A DNA stretch of 64,000 nucleotides from positions 1 through 64,000 of the forward strand of contig UYFQ01000143.1 in NCBI GenBank assembly GCA_900617105.1. The letters are read 5' to 3'. This stretch comes from Hydrurus foetidus (taxonomy: Eukaryota). Positions within the stretch are counted from its first letter, which is position 1. Every line of letters starts with the position of its first letter. The position numbers were made by a program, and so were the translations under genes. Shown here piece after piece: positions 24,405-36,000 of the stretch. Under the pieces are notes generated by a model. That model was not told the DNA's origin. It did no database searches and worked only from the letters and a program-made list of their open reading frames with translations.

Positions 24405-27400
24405 TTACGCGGTCATGTTCTGCGATTGCTGCACCATCTGATACACCAACACACCCATGGCGGTGACACCATCTACATTCAGTATTAGGGACGGGTCGAT
24501 GATGTCGCTGGTCCCTCTCTTGGTGGGATGGCTCTCGCCCCCTACTAATTGCAGCTGAGAGGGTTTCGACAGCAGCAACTTGAAGGCAGGCCCCAACTCG
24601 TAGCAGTTGGCGAATAGTGCCTTCCTGCAGAATACATACATGCCCAGTCTGGCTCTACTCAGCGCTACTACCAAACGGCGGATATCTCTGACGTGACCCA
24701 CGGATTCGGTGCGCACCATGGACAGCAAGATGTAATCGTTCTGTTGACCCTGGTATTTGTCGACTAGAAATGGGTAGGTTGATAATTAATGAATATGACT
24801 TCGAGTATTCATTTGATGCAATGTAAATGGGTGATTGCGACGGTTGCTTACCGGTGGTGATGCTAGCGGGGCGCCCGAAGATAGGACTGCGGCAGCGTTG
24901 ATTGATGACATCTCTGATTAGGTGTTTCTGACCGTTGTAGGTGGTGATGATGCTGATCTTCTCAGCGGGATACCCGAGAAGTCTCATGTACTGGAATACC
25001 GCTACAACGTATTCAGCCTCGCCGAGATTCTGATAGAAGTGCGTGGTGGGACAGAACTCTCCCTTCCCTTGAAACTCCGGCACATCAATCAGTTGGAAGG
25101 TGTTGACGAAGCCAGAGTTACCCACTTTGTAAGCTGGGTCCTCTGATACAACTGGAAGATCACCCAGTCCATCGTGGCCACCGACGCCTGAGTATCTCCA
25201 GCTGTACAAGGCTGCAATTTCCGGTCTAGCTCTGCCTTGCTTGTTGAGCAGCACGGCAGGTACTCCTAGACGTACGAACCGTGTGAAGAGAGATTGGTCC
25301 AGATGTGCGTGTTTCTGGAATGCCATGTGCTTCACTACAGGAGGCAATTGAAAGTGGTCTCCGATGAGGACGATTCTCTTCAGGCGACACCCGGAGGTGC
25401 TCTCCTCTCCATTGCTGCTGTGGGTCACCTCAGGGTTCTGAAGCAGCATCGGGATGAAGGTCTCGATCTCCAGGATCTGAGCAGCCTCCTCCATCACAAG
25501 ACTGCAAGCAAGAATAGGAATGAAAAGGAGGTATTTATGAGGTGTTTTAAGTCTGTTGGGAAGATCTTTTGTGGTGGTAGATTTGCGGTCATCGGCTCAG
25601 GTTAGTTACGTGGTTATCACCAGACACGTTTGTGTTGTAAGACAGGGATAATTGTTGGAATATCATCACCGATACAGCGGCATAATAAGTACATCGTGCG
25701 ATGTAGGTTGTTTGTCTGTTTTGTTACCTGTCGTACTGAAAGCCTATTTCGACAAGGCGCCTCCTTGTCATCGCAGCGTGCGTGCAAGTCATTGCTACGA
25801 TGCGAGCCTAACGAGGTTAGAAAGTTGTGAGAGTGGGGATGCTAAATTAATCATTTCTGTGGTGAGTTGGAGAGAGAAGTAGAGGTTTGTGATGAGGTTG
25901 GTGTGGGACTGCTACGATAGAATGTACGTTCATCGAGGTACTGTGATACAACTCAAACAAGAGGTGTCAGAAATTACCGATTTCGTCATGGCAGTTGAGG
26001 AGGAAAAAACGAGATATTCTCTAGAAAGGGGTTAAAGAGCAGAGTCGTGGATATCCTACCTGCTTCGTTAGGAGATAGTCCGATCTGTGACCCTGGGTGC
26101 GTAATAACTCGAATGCCCTGTAGTCTCCCAACTCTTCGAATAGCTTGGAGATGTGGCGGAAACAACCTTCAGCTGACGCCAAGTCGCTGGCATGATCCCC
26201 AGTGAAGAGGGGCTTGGGGGTGTCAGAGAAGTACGCCATGAAGGGGAAAGCTCTTTGCACGGCGGATATGGTAGGGATGCCTTCAGTTGGAGTAGTGGTA
26301 GCTACAGACAGGTCGATGAAGAATTTCTCCATCCTGCTCTGAATGTGCTCCAGTCGGAAGTACTCAGCGGTCTCACAGGTGTAGCCAACATCTCCAGTGA
26401 CATTAATAGTGCCTGCCAGGTGCTGCACTTGCTCCAGCAGTTGCATGCGTCTGGAAAGAGTCCAGTCCACTCTGCCCTGTTTACTAAAAGCCTCGCCCTG
26501 CCCTCTTCCTCCTCCACCGGCACCTGACGCTGCTAGAGTCTCTCTCAGATCTTTCTCACCGCTGCCAAGTCGAAGGAGATGGCGGGGATCAACATTCCTC
26601 TCCATGATCTTCTCAAACAAGTCGTTTAGAGCAGCATTACTGTGAGTCACCAGTAAGATCTTCTGAGTGGGGTAGTTGTGATACAGCGCGGATATGATTT
26701 GTACTGCCACGTCAGTTTTGCCGGTACCGGGTGGTCCCACAACCATCGTTAGACCCTATTGGAATAAAAAAGAAGAATCACATTGATGTAAGGATTGATT
26801 GAATAAAAGTGTTTTTGACAGTGAAAGATACAGGCAACGTTGGATGCTATTTATTGCCGACTAACCGGGTTGATGCCAGACCGCACTGCCTCTATTTGCA
26901 CAGGGGTGAAGCGCACTGTGTTCTGAGGGGGTTGATCTTCGGGGTATGGACCGGGATTAGGGGGGTCATAGTGCGTCACTATCACGTCCTCGACAGTGGT
27001 GGATAAGACCGCCTCTGAATCCGAGTCTTTGCGCTTGTTGGAAGAAGAGGGAGTGGACTTCCTCATCTCTATCTTGTAAGGGGGTCCGGGTAGAGGAGTG
27101 GTAGGTGAGGACATTAGAGCGGCACCGGAGGCATCCTCAAATATCACTTTGCGTCCAGGAAATGACTGGCGGCAAAACGGAAATATAAGATGAGAAAGAA
27201 CGCCTCAAACATGAGATATCATGAGAGGAGGAAATATCGACGGCAATAATTGTGTCGTGGAAAATGGGACTGCTACGATAGAATGTGCGTTCATCGAGGT
27301 ACTGTGATACAACTCAAACAAGAGGTGTCAGAAATTACCGATTTCGTCATGGCAGTGAGGGAGATACATCTACGACATAAGGTACGGCATCATTGGCTTC

Positions 27401-30400
27401 AATTACCTCGGTCACGTGGTCTGCGTCCAAAAAGGAGTCCACATAGTCAGACGTCTCGCTGCTTCCGTCACCCGCACGGATGGATCTGCGCGAAGTTGGA
27501 ATTGCGAAGAAAAGGGTCAGTGACGATATCAAGTTATATGAATGTACATCAAGTTAGAAGATTCACGAATGGCGCGATACCATGCAGTGTAGAATAGATT
27601 TTATTCACCAAGTCCAGTCCGTCATACATTTTGTAAATAATGCTTTCAACAATCGGACGAATCCTTTCAGTGGATTGACAGATTATTAAGTTTTGAAATC
27701 ATCGGACACACAGGAAAATAACGACCAAAACAGGCGTTCATGCATGTTGCATGAATATTGAGCAGGCATGAGGGTGATTGTCCTCACTTATTAATGGCAT
27801 TTATCGATCAGAGGATTCAGAAAAGACTAATCATAATTGAATCATCGGACGCAACGCACATGCTTGCTGTTCCATATTCAGGTCACGCACACATGCACGT
27901 ATGCACGAAGAGGAATTGTACGGTCAAATAGATAGATAGATAGATAGATAGATAAATAAATAGATAGACGGTATCCTCATCATAAATGTTTTTTATGCTC
28001 TCGTCACGTACTTGTGATATCGGAAAGACTAATCGATTTTACAGTCATAGGATACATCGCAGGAAGGGTATGTATACTCTACTACAATCAGGTGCATTAA
28101 GACAGATGGAGTACGATGTGATGTAGGGAGCGTTGGGATAGAAACAAGCATACGGCTGGTGAGCTACACTTTTTTCAGCTTTCGCCTCTGTGTGGTAATA
28201 TTTCCGGCCAAAGCAACTAATAACCCTCATAGACTGGGGGTGCGTTTAACGATCGGAGTTGCACTTCACTTCAACATTCGCCTCATTTCATTGTGTGTGT
28301 CCTATCTACTTGCAAGCGCATGGTCTCTACAATACTCTCTTTCTCCCTCCCTTTGTCTCCCTCTATTTCACCTGTAGTTAGCTGCCTTGGGGCTGCCGTA
28401 CCCGAGAAACACATCGTGCAGCCATGACGGTATGGCTCGGCTCAGGGCTGGCGTGTTCATCAAGTCGCGGATGGTCTCGAGCACGGCCTTGAAGTTGTTC
28501 TCTTTCGGCTTGCGACGCACCAAGAGATTCAGACGACTGTAGCAGTCGTGTCCGTCCTGATCGCGCAGAAAGGATGATTTTAAGTCAGTGTGTGCAGTTG
28601 TGGGGAGTATCGGGATTGGTATGTATTCAGGTTCAAATAAAAGCGGGCGGCGGCGAAGAAAAGGTAGCAAATGATACGATGTGATGGGATGTGATGTAGG
28701 GAGCGTTGGGATAGAAACAAGCATACGGCTGGTGAGCTACACTTTTTTCAGCTTTCGCCTCTGTGTGGTAATATTTCCGGCCAAAGCAACTAATAACCCT
28801 CATGGACTGGGGGTGCGTTTAACGATCGGAGTTGCACTTCACTTCAATAATTTGTGTCCCAGTTTCTCGTGCATATTCTCCCTTACTTATGAGCTTCGCA
28901 CCAGTCTACTCACCCTCATGTCAGCGTAGTATTGGGCAGGATCTAGTCGGACACGAATCCTCCTCTTGTTGCCCACTCGACCGCTACTTCTCTCATCGGG
29001 CCTGAAGAGGAGGAAGGAGAAAGATTGACACAATGGAAGCTCAGTCGATAAAAGAGGGAGGCGGGTCATTGCTGAGGTGACACGTGGCAAGTGGCGTCGC
29101 GTCGACGTCACTTGAATGAGTAAGTATGAGTGGAACAAAGTAATGCATAGGTGCTGTCGGCTCAGGTTAGTTACGTGGTTATCACCAGACACGTTTGTGT
29201 TGTAAGACAGGGATAATTGTTGGAATATCATCACCGACAGCTCGTATACAGACGTCGTCAATAGAAGAAGGTAAGGTCAGGCAAAGCAGTGCTGTGTCGT
29301 ATCTTCGCACGGTCGGTTCACTGTAAAGTGTCACCATACTCACAAGTGAAGTGAGGAAGTTAAAATCGTTTCTCACATCATCACCGATTGAATGCCATGA
29401 TGAGCAGTGCAGTGCATGTAGGACATGGTTGCAAGACAAATATATCATGTGGAGAGACATGTTCAGATGTGGAGTAGGATCGACAAGAAAAATATGAATG
29501 GGAAACAGAGAGCAGTGCGGTATGGTGTCGCTGCTTGGGAGGGGTGGTTGTAATGGGTGAGTCCTAAGTTTGTGGATAATCAGCTTTCGTCAAGAAGATT
29601 CAGAGGATTGGCATCTGATTGTTTCTGTCATCATCGGATTCACTCACACTCCCAAAATCACACTTATATATTGTCAGCAAACAGCGCCACTCTTGTACTT
29701 TCTCAGTGCACGGACTTACTTGAACGGGTCGTTCAGCACCACATTGTCTTCGTCGCGCATCTCGAACACTTCGCCTCCCCTCACATATTTCACGCCTTCA
29801 GTGAACAGAGAAGTTGTTGGTATCATTTAGTTGGGGGCATGTATGACAATAGTAACAAAAGGAGTAGTTGCGTTCATCGGCTCAGGTTAGTTACGTGGTT
29901 ATCACCAGACACGTTTGTGTTGTAAGACAGGGATAATTGTTGGAATATCATCACCGATATAGGGTATCGCATCAAAGGCATTGTTCTGTCGCCTCTGAAC
30001 TCACCATATCGTGTTGTGAAATTTAGATCTTCTTCCATTTTCTCCGCGTAGTTGTTCTTCTTGGGAACTTGACCCATGGACATCTCCCTTCTCTCTCTGG
30101 AGTGCACATCGCGAGATGAAGTTAAATTTTGCTGACGATCTCACAACAGATACTTCGGTAAGGCTTGTTATTGTGATGTGACTTACTTTTCAAAGTCCTT
30201 GAGATTGGTGGATGCGTCTGGTTGGGGGTCTTCTATCCCAACCAGGAACAACACTGTATGAAAGAAAATAATTTGAGAAGTGAAATGCTTTATTCAGTGT
30301 CAAGCGGTGCAAGATAAGTTTATTGATCGGGCATCTACGCACCATCGTGATCGCGCAATCCTTCCCACTCCTCTCGGATAACTCCTGTGAATCTAGAGAT

Positions 30401-32471
30401 GTCTACTTCGATGGTGCAGTGCACGTGACCGGGTATTGTCTCTCCAAGCTGAGGTTTGGAGATCTGAAGCATGAAGAAAAGTAGTACAGGTGACTTATTC
30501 GATATCTCGTCAATGTGGGTGTGAATCATCGTGCTCTTTCCTCACCTCATCGATGCTCACTGATACGATAGGCAGTGCCATTCTAGCCCATCCTCCGAAG
30601 AGCGTATTTCCCTTTAGGCCGCATCTCGGACCCATTCTTTGAATAGAGTCGATCAAGTCTTCTCTTATTTCAAAAGCACTCTCAAGTCGAAACAGCTCGA
30701 AGTTACGCAGGAGATAGTCATGTACGGTCAGGAACTGGAGATTTAGTTTGGGGAGTGCGAGAGGGCGGTCGCTGGAGTATGTGTTGCCGATAGGAACCTG
30801 GTATTGATCCCACAGCAGCTCTTCAGATGGATACAATGACAGTCTGTTGAGTGCTTCAAGCTGACTCCTCCTTGCTGACAATGAGTCAACCAGCACATCC
30901 ATGAGGAAGCTTCTCTGAGGGGTGTCCTCGAGGAACTCCACTGGGGAAAGGATCACGGAAGATTTAACTACCACTTCTTCACTGATGCTCGGTTCGGGTG
31001 CGCCACCAAACACCTCTACATCACGAGCAGATATTCGACAAAGTTTACTTGCGATGTCAGCGAGCTGCTGTGTTGTGAGCAATTGGAAGTGCTTCTTGAG
31101 AGTGTCCGACTTCGCAAGCTCTCCGGTCGAGGAGAAGACGAGATCTTTGAGAACGGAGTTATAGTGTGAGAAGGCGAGCGTCTGCAATTTATGTGTGCGG
31201 TTGTTCTGCACGGTCATCATGTCCTGCGAGCTCATAGCTCTTCCCGTTTGATCGTGCACCTCGAAGTGCATACACGCGTCGATCATACCCACTAGCTGAG
31301 AAAACAGTTTGCCGTCAGCGTGGTAGAAGATAGACGCACGCCTGCATCTCACAATTAGGTGCATGTCGTCTAGTAAAGTGTTTAAGAACCGTCTTGTTGG
31401 CAACTGAGAAAGAAGGTCCACGATGAACTCCGCGAATCTTTCGAGGTATCTCATGATGGGTGCGGCGGCCTTCGTGCGAAGGGCGTCAGTTGCGTCTAAA
31501 GATATGTCCTCGACGGTTTTCAAGAAGACTGTCACGAGACCAAATACCCAGGTGCTATCACTGGAGTCCACAACTTTCTTGAGGGCGACGGGTGTGGCAA
31601 TGGTGGGTGCTTCGGCTTTTTTGGCGGCACCTTTCTTCTTCTTCGCCGGACCTTCTGTTGATGTGGGGGGCGCGTCGTCCTTACTCTTTGAAGACGAAGA
31701 TGGCGCGGTTGACAAATCGGACAGGGCAATTTTTACTTGATTCTGTAGGAACTCCCAGTGTCTTCTGATCTGTGGTAACTTCTCCAACTCCTCTTTTCTT
31801 CTAGACTCGGTCAGACTACCCCACAGAGGAAGGGAAAAGTATCGTAAAGTACTGCTGCGAACGACAGGGTCCTCTAAACTCCGGAACATATTCACGAGGA
31901 AGTGAATGTAGATGACATACTGCTTGACGAGTTGTTCATTTTCCGCTGCGCACAGAGGTATATTGAACATGTCCGCCATCGATACAACCGCTTTGAAGAA
32001 AGTCTGAAATTTAGACGGGTCAACAGTCAAGACTTCAAAGACTGGAACACCCTCGCGGAATTTCTCGTTCACCATCATCAAAATGGAGAAAGTGTGTTCG
32101 AAGCAGCAGTCTTCGTCAAAATGTTTCCAAAGATAGTTTTCTAGATATCCGCTGAGTTCGAGTATCTGTAACCTTGTGTGCTCTCCGCTCAGCAACTCAT
32201 CTCTGAATAGCTTGCAGACCAGCTCCATGTCATATTTCCCTGCTTTAGGGCCCTGGAAATAAAATTGCGAGTTTTTAGAGGTTTGCTTCCTTATTTCGGT
32301 TGTTAGAATTAGAATTACCTCAGCTCCAGGAGCCCAGTATTCACTCGCGATCCGTGTGATATGGTGACCTACGATATCTGCGACACTGGAGGCACTTTTT
32401 TTTGCACTGCTGGAGCTGGAAGATTTTGCACTTCTGCTATTTGCCACATTGGGTGTTTTTGGGTCGCTCAC
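24405..32471 (-). CDS. AQR: Aquarius/IBP160 spliceosomal helicase, ~14 exons: ?-32319, 32252-30546, 30463-30343, 30253-30187, 30096-30005, 29795-29720, 29001-28914, 28556-28372, 27485-27407, 27165-26866, 26755-26060, 25807-25728, 25501-24852, 24763-24405
   Basis: [106 protein letters not shown]; all junctions GT-AG and in phase. The true 5' end is better represented near 38543. Confidence 0.93.
25591..25673 (-). ncRNA. Box C/D snoRNA, snR38-like (copies also at 23094-23180, 23816-23898, 29154-29240, 29876-29958, 35172-35258, 35894-35976)
   Basis: GTGATGA ... CAATTATCCCTGT-CTTA ... GTGATAA ... CTGA with terminal stem. Guide is complementary to conserved LSU ACAGGGAUAA. Intronic and sense to AQR. 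Confidence 0.85.
25908..25995 (-). ncRNA. Box C/D snoRNA, snR48-like (copies at 20622-20709, 27269-27356, 33277-33364)
   Basis: ATGACGA box C; guide TTTCTGACACCTCTTG complementary to LSU AGAGGUGUCAGAAA; TTGA D'; ACTGC/GCAGT stem; box D degenerate. Confidence 0.75.
27617..27707 (-). ncRNA. Box C/D snoRNA guiding SSU GGAUUGACAGAUU (copies at 20970-21060, 33625-33715)
   Basis: GTCCG-ATGATTT ... AATCTGTCAATCC-A-CTGA ... ATGA-CGGAC; 13-nt complement of a conserved SSU segment. Confidence 0.82.
27780..27850 (-). ncRNA. Box C/D snoRNA guiding LSU AAAGACUAAUC (copy at 21133-21203)
   Basis: GTCCG-ATGATTC ... GATTAGTCTTT-T-CTGA ... GTGA-GGAC. Confidence 0.75.
27971..28055 (-). ncRNA. Box C/D snoRNA guiding LSU AAAGACUAAUCGA (copy at 21320-21404)
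   Basis: GTATCCT-ATGACTG ... TCGATTAGTCTTT-CCGA ... GTGACGA ... ATGA-GGATAC; 6-bp terminal stem. Confidence 0.82.
28677..28846 (-). ncRNA. Unidentified ~170-nt intronic element, possibly an H/ACA-type RNA (copies ~28112-28273, 21465-21633, 22045-22213, 22617-22786 and in the 33-38 kb copy)
   Basis: Near-identical in two adjacent introns; hairpin GCAACT/AGTTGC, ATATTA (ANANNA) hinge, 3' ACA. Confidence 0.45.
29275..29387 (-). ncRNA. Box C/D RNA with complementarity to the SSU 3' end (copies at 23215-23327, 35293-35405)
   Basis: Canonical GTGATGA and CTGA ~105 nt apart; ACGATTTTAACTTCCTC follows box C. Confidence 0.6.
29559..29641 (-). ncRNA. Box C/D snoRNA candidate guiding LSU AGGAUUGGC (copies at 23499-23581, 35577-35659)
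   Basis: ATGATGA ... GCCAATCCT-CTGA ... TTGACGA ... CTTA; imperfect terminal stem; guide only 9 nt. Confidence 0.6.
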
Positions 32472-33019
32472 TGCTCCGAGAGGGTGGGCGCAAGTGGCAG
32501 AGGTTCAGCAGCCAAAATTGCCCTCTTCTGCTCCACCGGCACCTAGGCGCTAGAGTCTCTCTCAGATTTTCTCACGGGAGGAGTCGCAGAATGGCGGGGA
32601 TCAACATTGTCCTCTACATGATCCTATGAGGAGAAAGCGATTCTTTTCGAAAAATGAAGGGGGAAGTAAATCTTCTCTGTGGGCTAGTTGTAAGATACAG
32701 CGGGATAACGTGTGACTTCTACTACTTTTCCCTACCGGGAAATTCCCCCAACCATCGTTAGGCCCATATGCAAAATTGAAAAACATTGATGTAAGGATTG
32801 ATTGAATAAAAGTGTTTTTGACAGTGAAAGATACAGGCAACGTTGGATGCTATTTATTGCCGACTAACCGGGTTGATGCCAGACCGCACTGCCTCTGAAA
32901 ACATCAGGGGTAGCCATTCATCGATCACGTTATCAGGGGGTCTCCATCTTCTTGCAAAGCGACCAGTGTTTCTGACGGGTCCATTCAAGTTCACTGCCGT
33001 CCTCTGTCAGTGGTCGAAA

Positions 33020-36000
33020 GACCGCCTCTGAATCCGAGTCTTTGCGCTTGTTGGAAGAAGAGGGAGTGGACTTCCTCATCTCTATCTTGTAAGGGGGTCC
33101 GGGTAGAGGAGTGGTAGGTGAGGACATTAGAGCGGCACGGAGGCATCCTCAAATATCACTTTGCGTCCAGGAAATGACTGGCGGCAAAACGGAAATATAC
33201 TGGATGAGAAAGACGCCTCAAACATGAGATATTGAGAAGGAAATATGACGGCAATGATTGTGTCGTGGAAAATGGGACTGCTACGATAGAATGTGCGTTC
33301 ATCGAGGTACTGTGATACAACTCAAACAAGAGGTGTCAGAAATTACCGATTTCGTCATGGCAGTGAGGGAGATACATCTACGACATAAGGTACGGCATCA
33401 TTGGCTTCAATTACCTCGGTCACGTGGTCTGCGTCCAAAAAGGAGTCCACATAGTCAGACGTCTCGCTGCTTCCGTCACCCGCACGGATGGATCTGCGCG
33501 AAGTTGGAATTGCGAAGAAAAGGGTCAGTGACGATATCAAGTTATATGAATGTACATCAAGTTAGAAGATTCACGAATGGCGCGATACCATGCAGTGTAG
33601 AATAGATTTTATTCACCAAGTCCAGTCCGTCATACATTTTGTAAATAATGTTTTCAACAATCGGACGAATCCTTTCAGTGGATTGACAGATTATTAAGTT
33701 TTGAAATCATCGGACACACAGGAAAATAACGACCAAAACAGGCGTTCATGCATGTTGCATGAATATTGAGCAGGCATGAGGGTGATTGTCCTCACTTATT
33801 AATGGCATTTATCGATCAGAGGATTCAGAAAAGACTAATCATAATTGAATCATCGGACGCAACGCACATGCTTGCTGTTCCATATTCAGGTCACGCACAC
33901 ATGCACGTATGCACGAAGAGGAATTGTACGGTCAAATAGATAGATAGATAGATAGATAGATAAATAAATAGATAGACGGTATCCTCATCATAAATGTTTT
34001 TTATGCTCTCGTCACGTACTTGTGATATCGGAAAGACTAATCGATTTTACAGTCATAGGATACATCGCAGGAAGGGTATGTATACTCTACTACAATCAGG
34101 TGCATTAAGACAGATGGAGTACGATGCGATGATGTGATGTAATCGGAGCGTTGGGATAGAAACAAGCATACGGCTGGTGAGCTACACTTTTTTCAGCTTT
34201 CGCCTCTGTGTGGTAATATTTCCGGCCAAAGCAACTAATAACCCTCATAGACTGGGGGTGCGTTTAACGATCGGAGTTGCACTTCACTTCAACATTCGCC
34301 TCATTTCATTGTGTGTGTCCTATCTACTTGCAAGCGCATGGTCTCTACAATACTCTCTTTCTCCCTCCCTTTGTCTCCCTCTATTTCACCTGTAGTTAGC
34401 TGCCTTGGGGCTGCCGTACCCGAGAAACACATCGTGCAGCCATGACGGTATGGCTCGGCTCAGGGCTGGCGTGTTCATCAAGTCGCGGATGGTCTCGAGC
34501 ACGGCCTTGAAGTTGTTCTCTTTCGGCTTGCGACGCACCAAGAGATTCAGACGACTGTAGCAGTCGTGTCCGTCCTGATCGCGCAGAAAGGATGATTTTA
34601 AGTCAGTGTGTGCAGTTGTGGGGAGTATCGGGATTGGTATGTATTCAGGTTCAAATAAAAGCGGGCGGCGGCGAAGAAAAGGTAGCAAATGATACGATGT
34701 GATGGGATGTGATGTAGGGAGCGTTGGGATAGAAACAAGCATACGGCTGGTGAGCTACACTTTTTTCAGCTTTCGCCTCTGTGTGGTAATATTTCCGGCC
34801 AAAGCAACTAATAACCCTCATGGACTGGGGGTGCGTTTAACGATCGGAGTTGCACTTCACTTCAATAATTTGTGTCCCAGTTTCTCGTGCATATTCTCCC
34901 TTACTTATGAGCTTCGCACCAGTCTACTCACCCTCATGTCAGCGTAGTATTGGGCAGGATCTAGTCGGACACGAATCCTCCTCTTGTTGCCCACTCGACC
35001 GCTACTTCTCTCATCGGGCCTGAAGAGGAGGAAGGAGAAAGATTGACACAATGGAAGCTCAGTCGATAAAAGAGGGAGGCGGGTCATTGCTGAGGTGACA
35101 CGTGGCAAGTGGCGTCGCGTCGACGTCACTTGAATGAGTAAGTATGAGTGGAACAAAGTAATGCATAGGTGCTGTCGGCTCAGGTTAGTTACGTGGTTAT
35201 CACCAGACACGTTTGTGTTGTAAGACAGGGATAATTGTTGGAATATCATCACCGACAGCTCGTATACAGACGTCGTCAATAGAAGAAGGTAAGGTCAGGC
35301 AAAGCAGTGCTGTGTCGTATCTTCGCACGGTCGGTTCACTGTAAAGTGTCACCATACTCACAAGTGAAGTGAGGAAGTTAAAATCGTTTCTCACATCATC
35401 ACCGATTGAATGCCATGATGAGCAGTGCAGTGCATGTAGGACATGGTTGCAAGACAAATATATCATGTGGAGAGACATGTTCAGATGTGGAGTAGGATCG
35501 ACAAGAAAAATATGAATGGGAAACAGAGAGCAGTGCGGTATGGTGTCGCTGCTTGGGAGGGGTGGTTGTAATGGGTGAGTCCTAAGTTTGTGGATAATCA
35601 GCTTTCGTCAAGAAGATTCAGAGGATTGGCATCTGATTGTTTCTGTCATCATCGGATTCACTCACACTCCCAAAATCACACTTATATATTGTCAGCAAAC
35701 AGCGCCACTCTTGTACTTTCTCAGTGCACGGACTTACTTGAACGGGTCGTTCAGCACCACATTGTCTTCGTCGCGCATCTCGAACACTTCGCCTCCCCTC
35801 ACATATTTCACGCCTTCAGTGAACAGAGAAGTTGTTGGTATCATTTAGTTGGGGGCATGTATGACAATAGTAACAAAAGGAGTAGTTGCGTTCATCGGCT
35901 CAGGTTAGTTACGTGGTTATCACCAGACACGTTTGTGTTGTAAGACAGGGATAATTGTTGGAATATCATCACCGATATAGGGTATCGCATCAAAGGCATT

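Noticed and set aside
20622..35976. rRNA-like words on the + strand read as rRNA gene fragments, or the recurring 83-88 bp units read as a CRISPR array
   Set aside because: Matches are only 9-17 nt and sit inside C/D box frameworks on the opposite strand; no regular repeat-spacer period and no cas genes.
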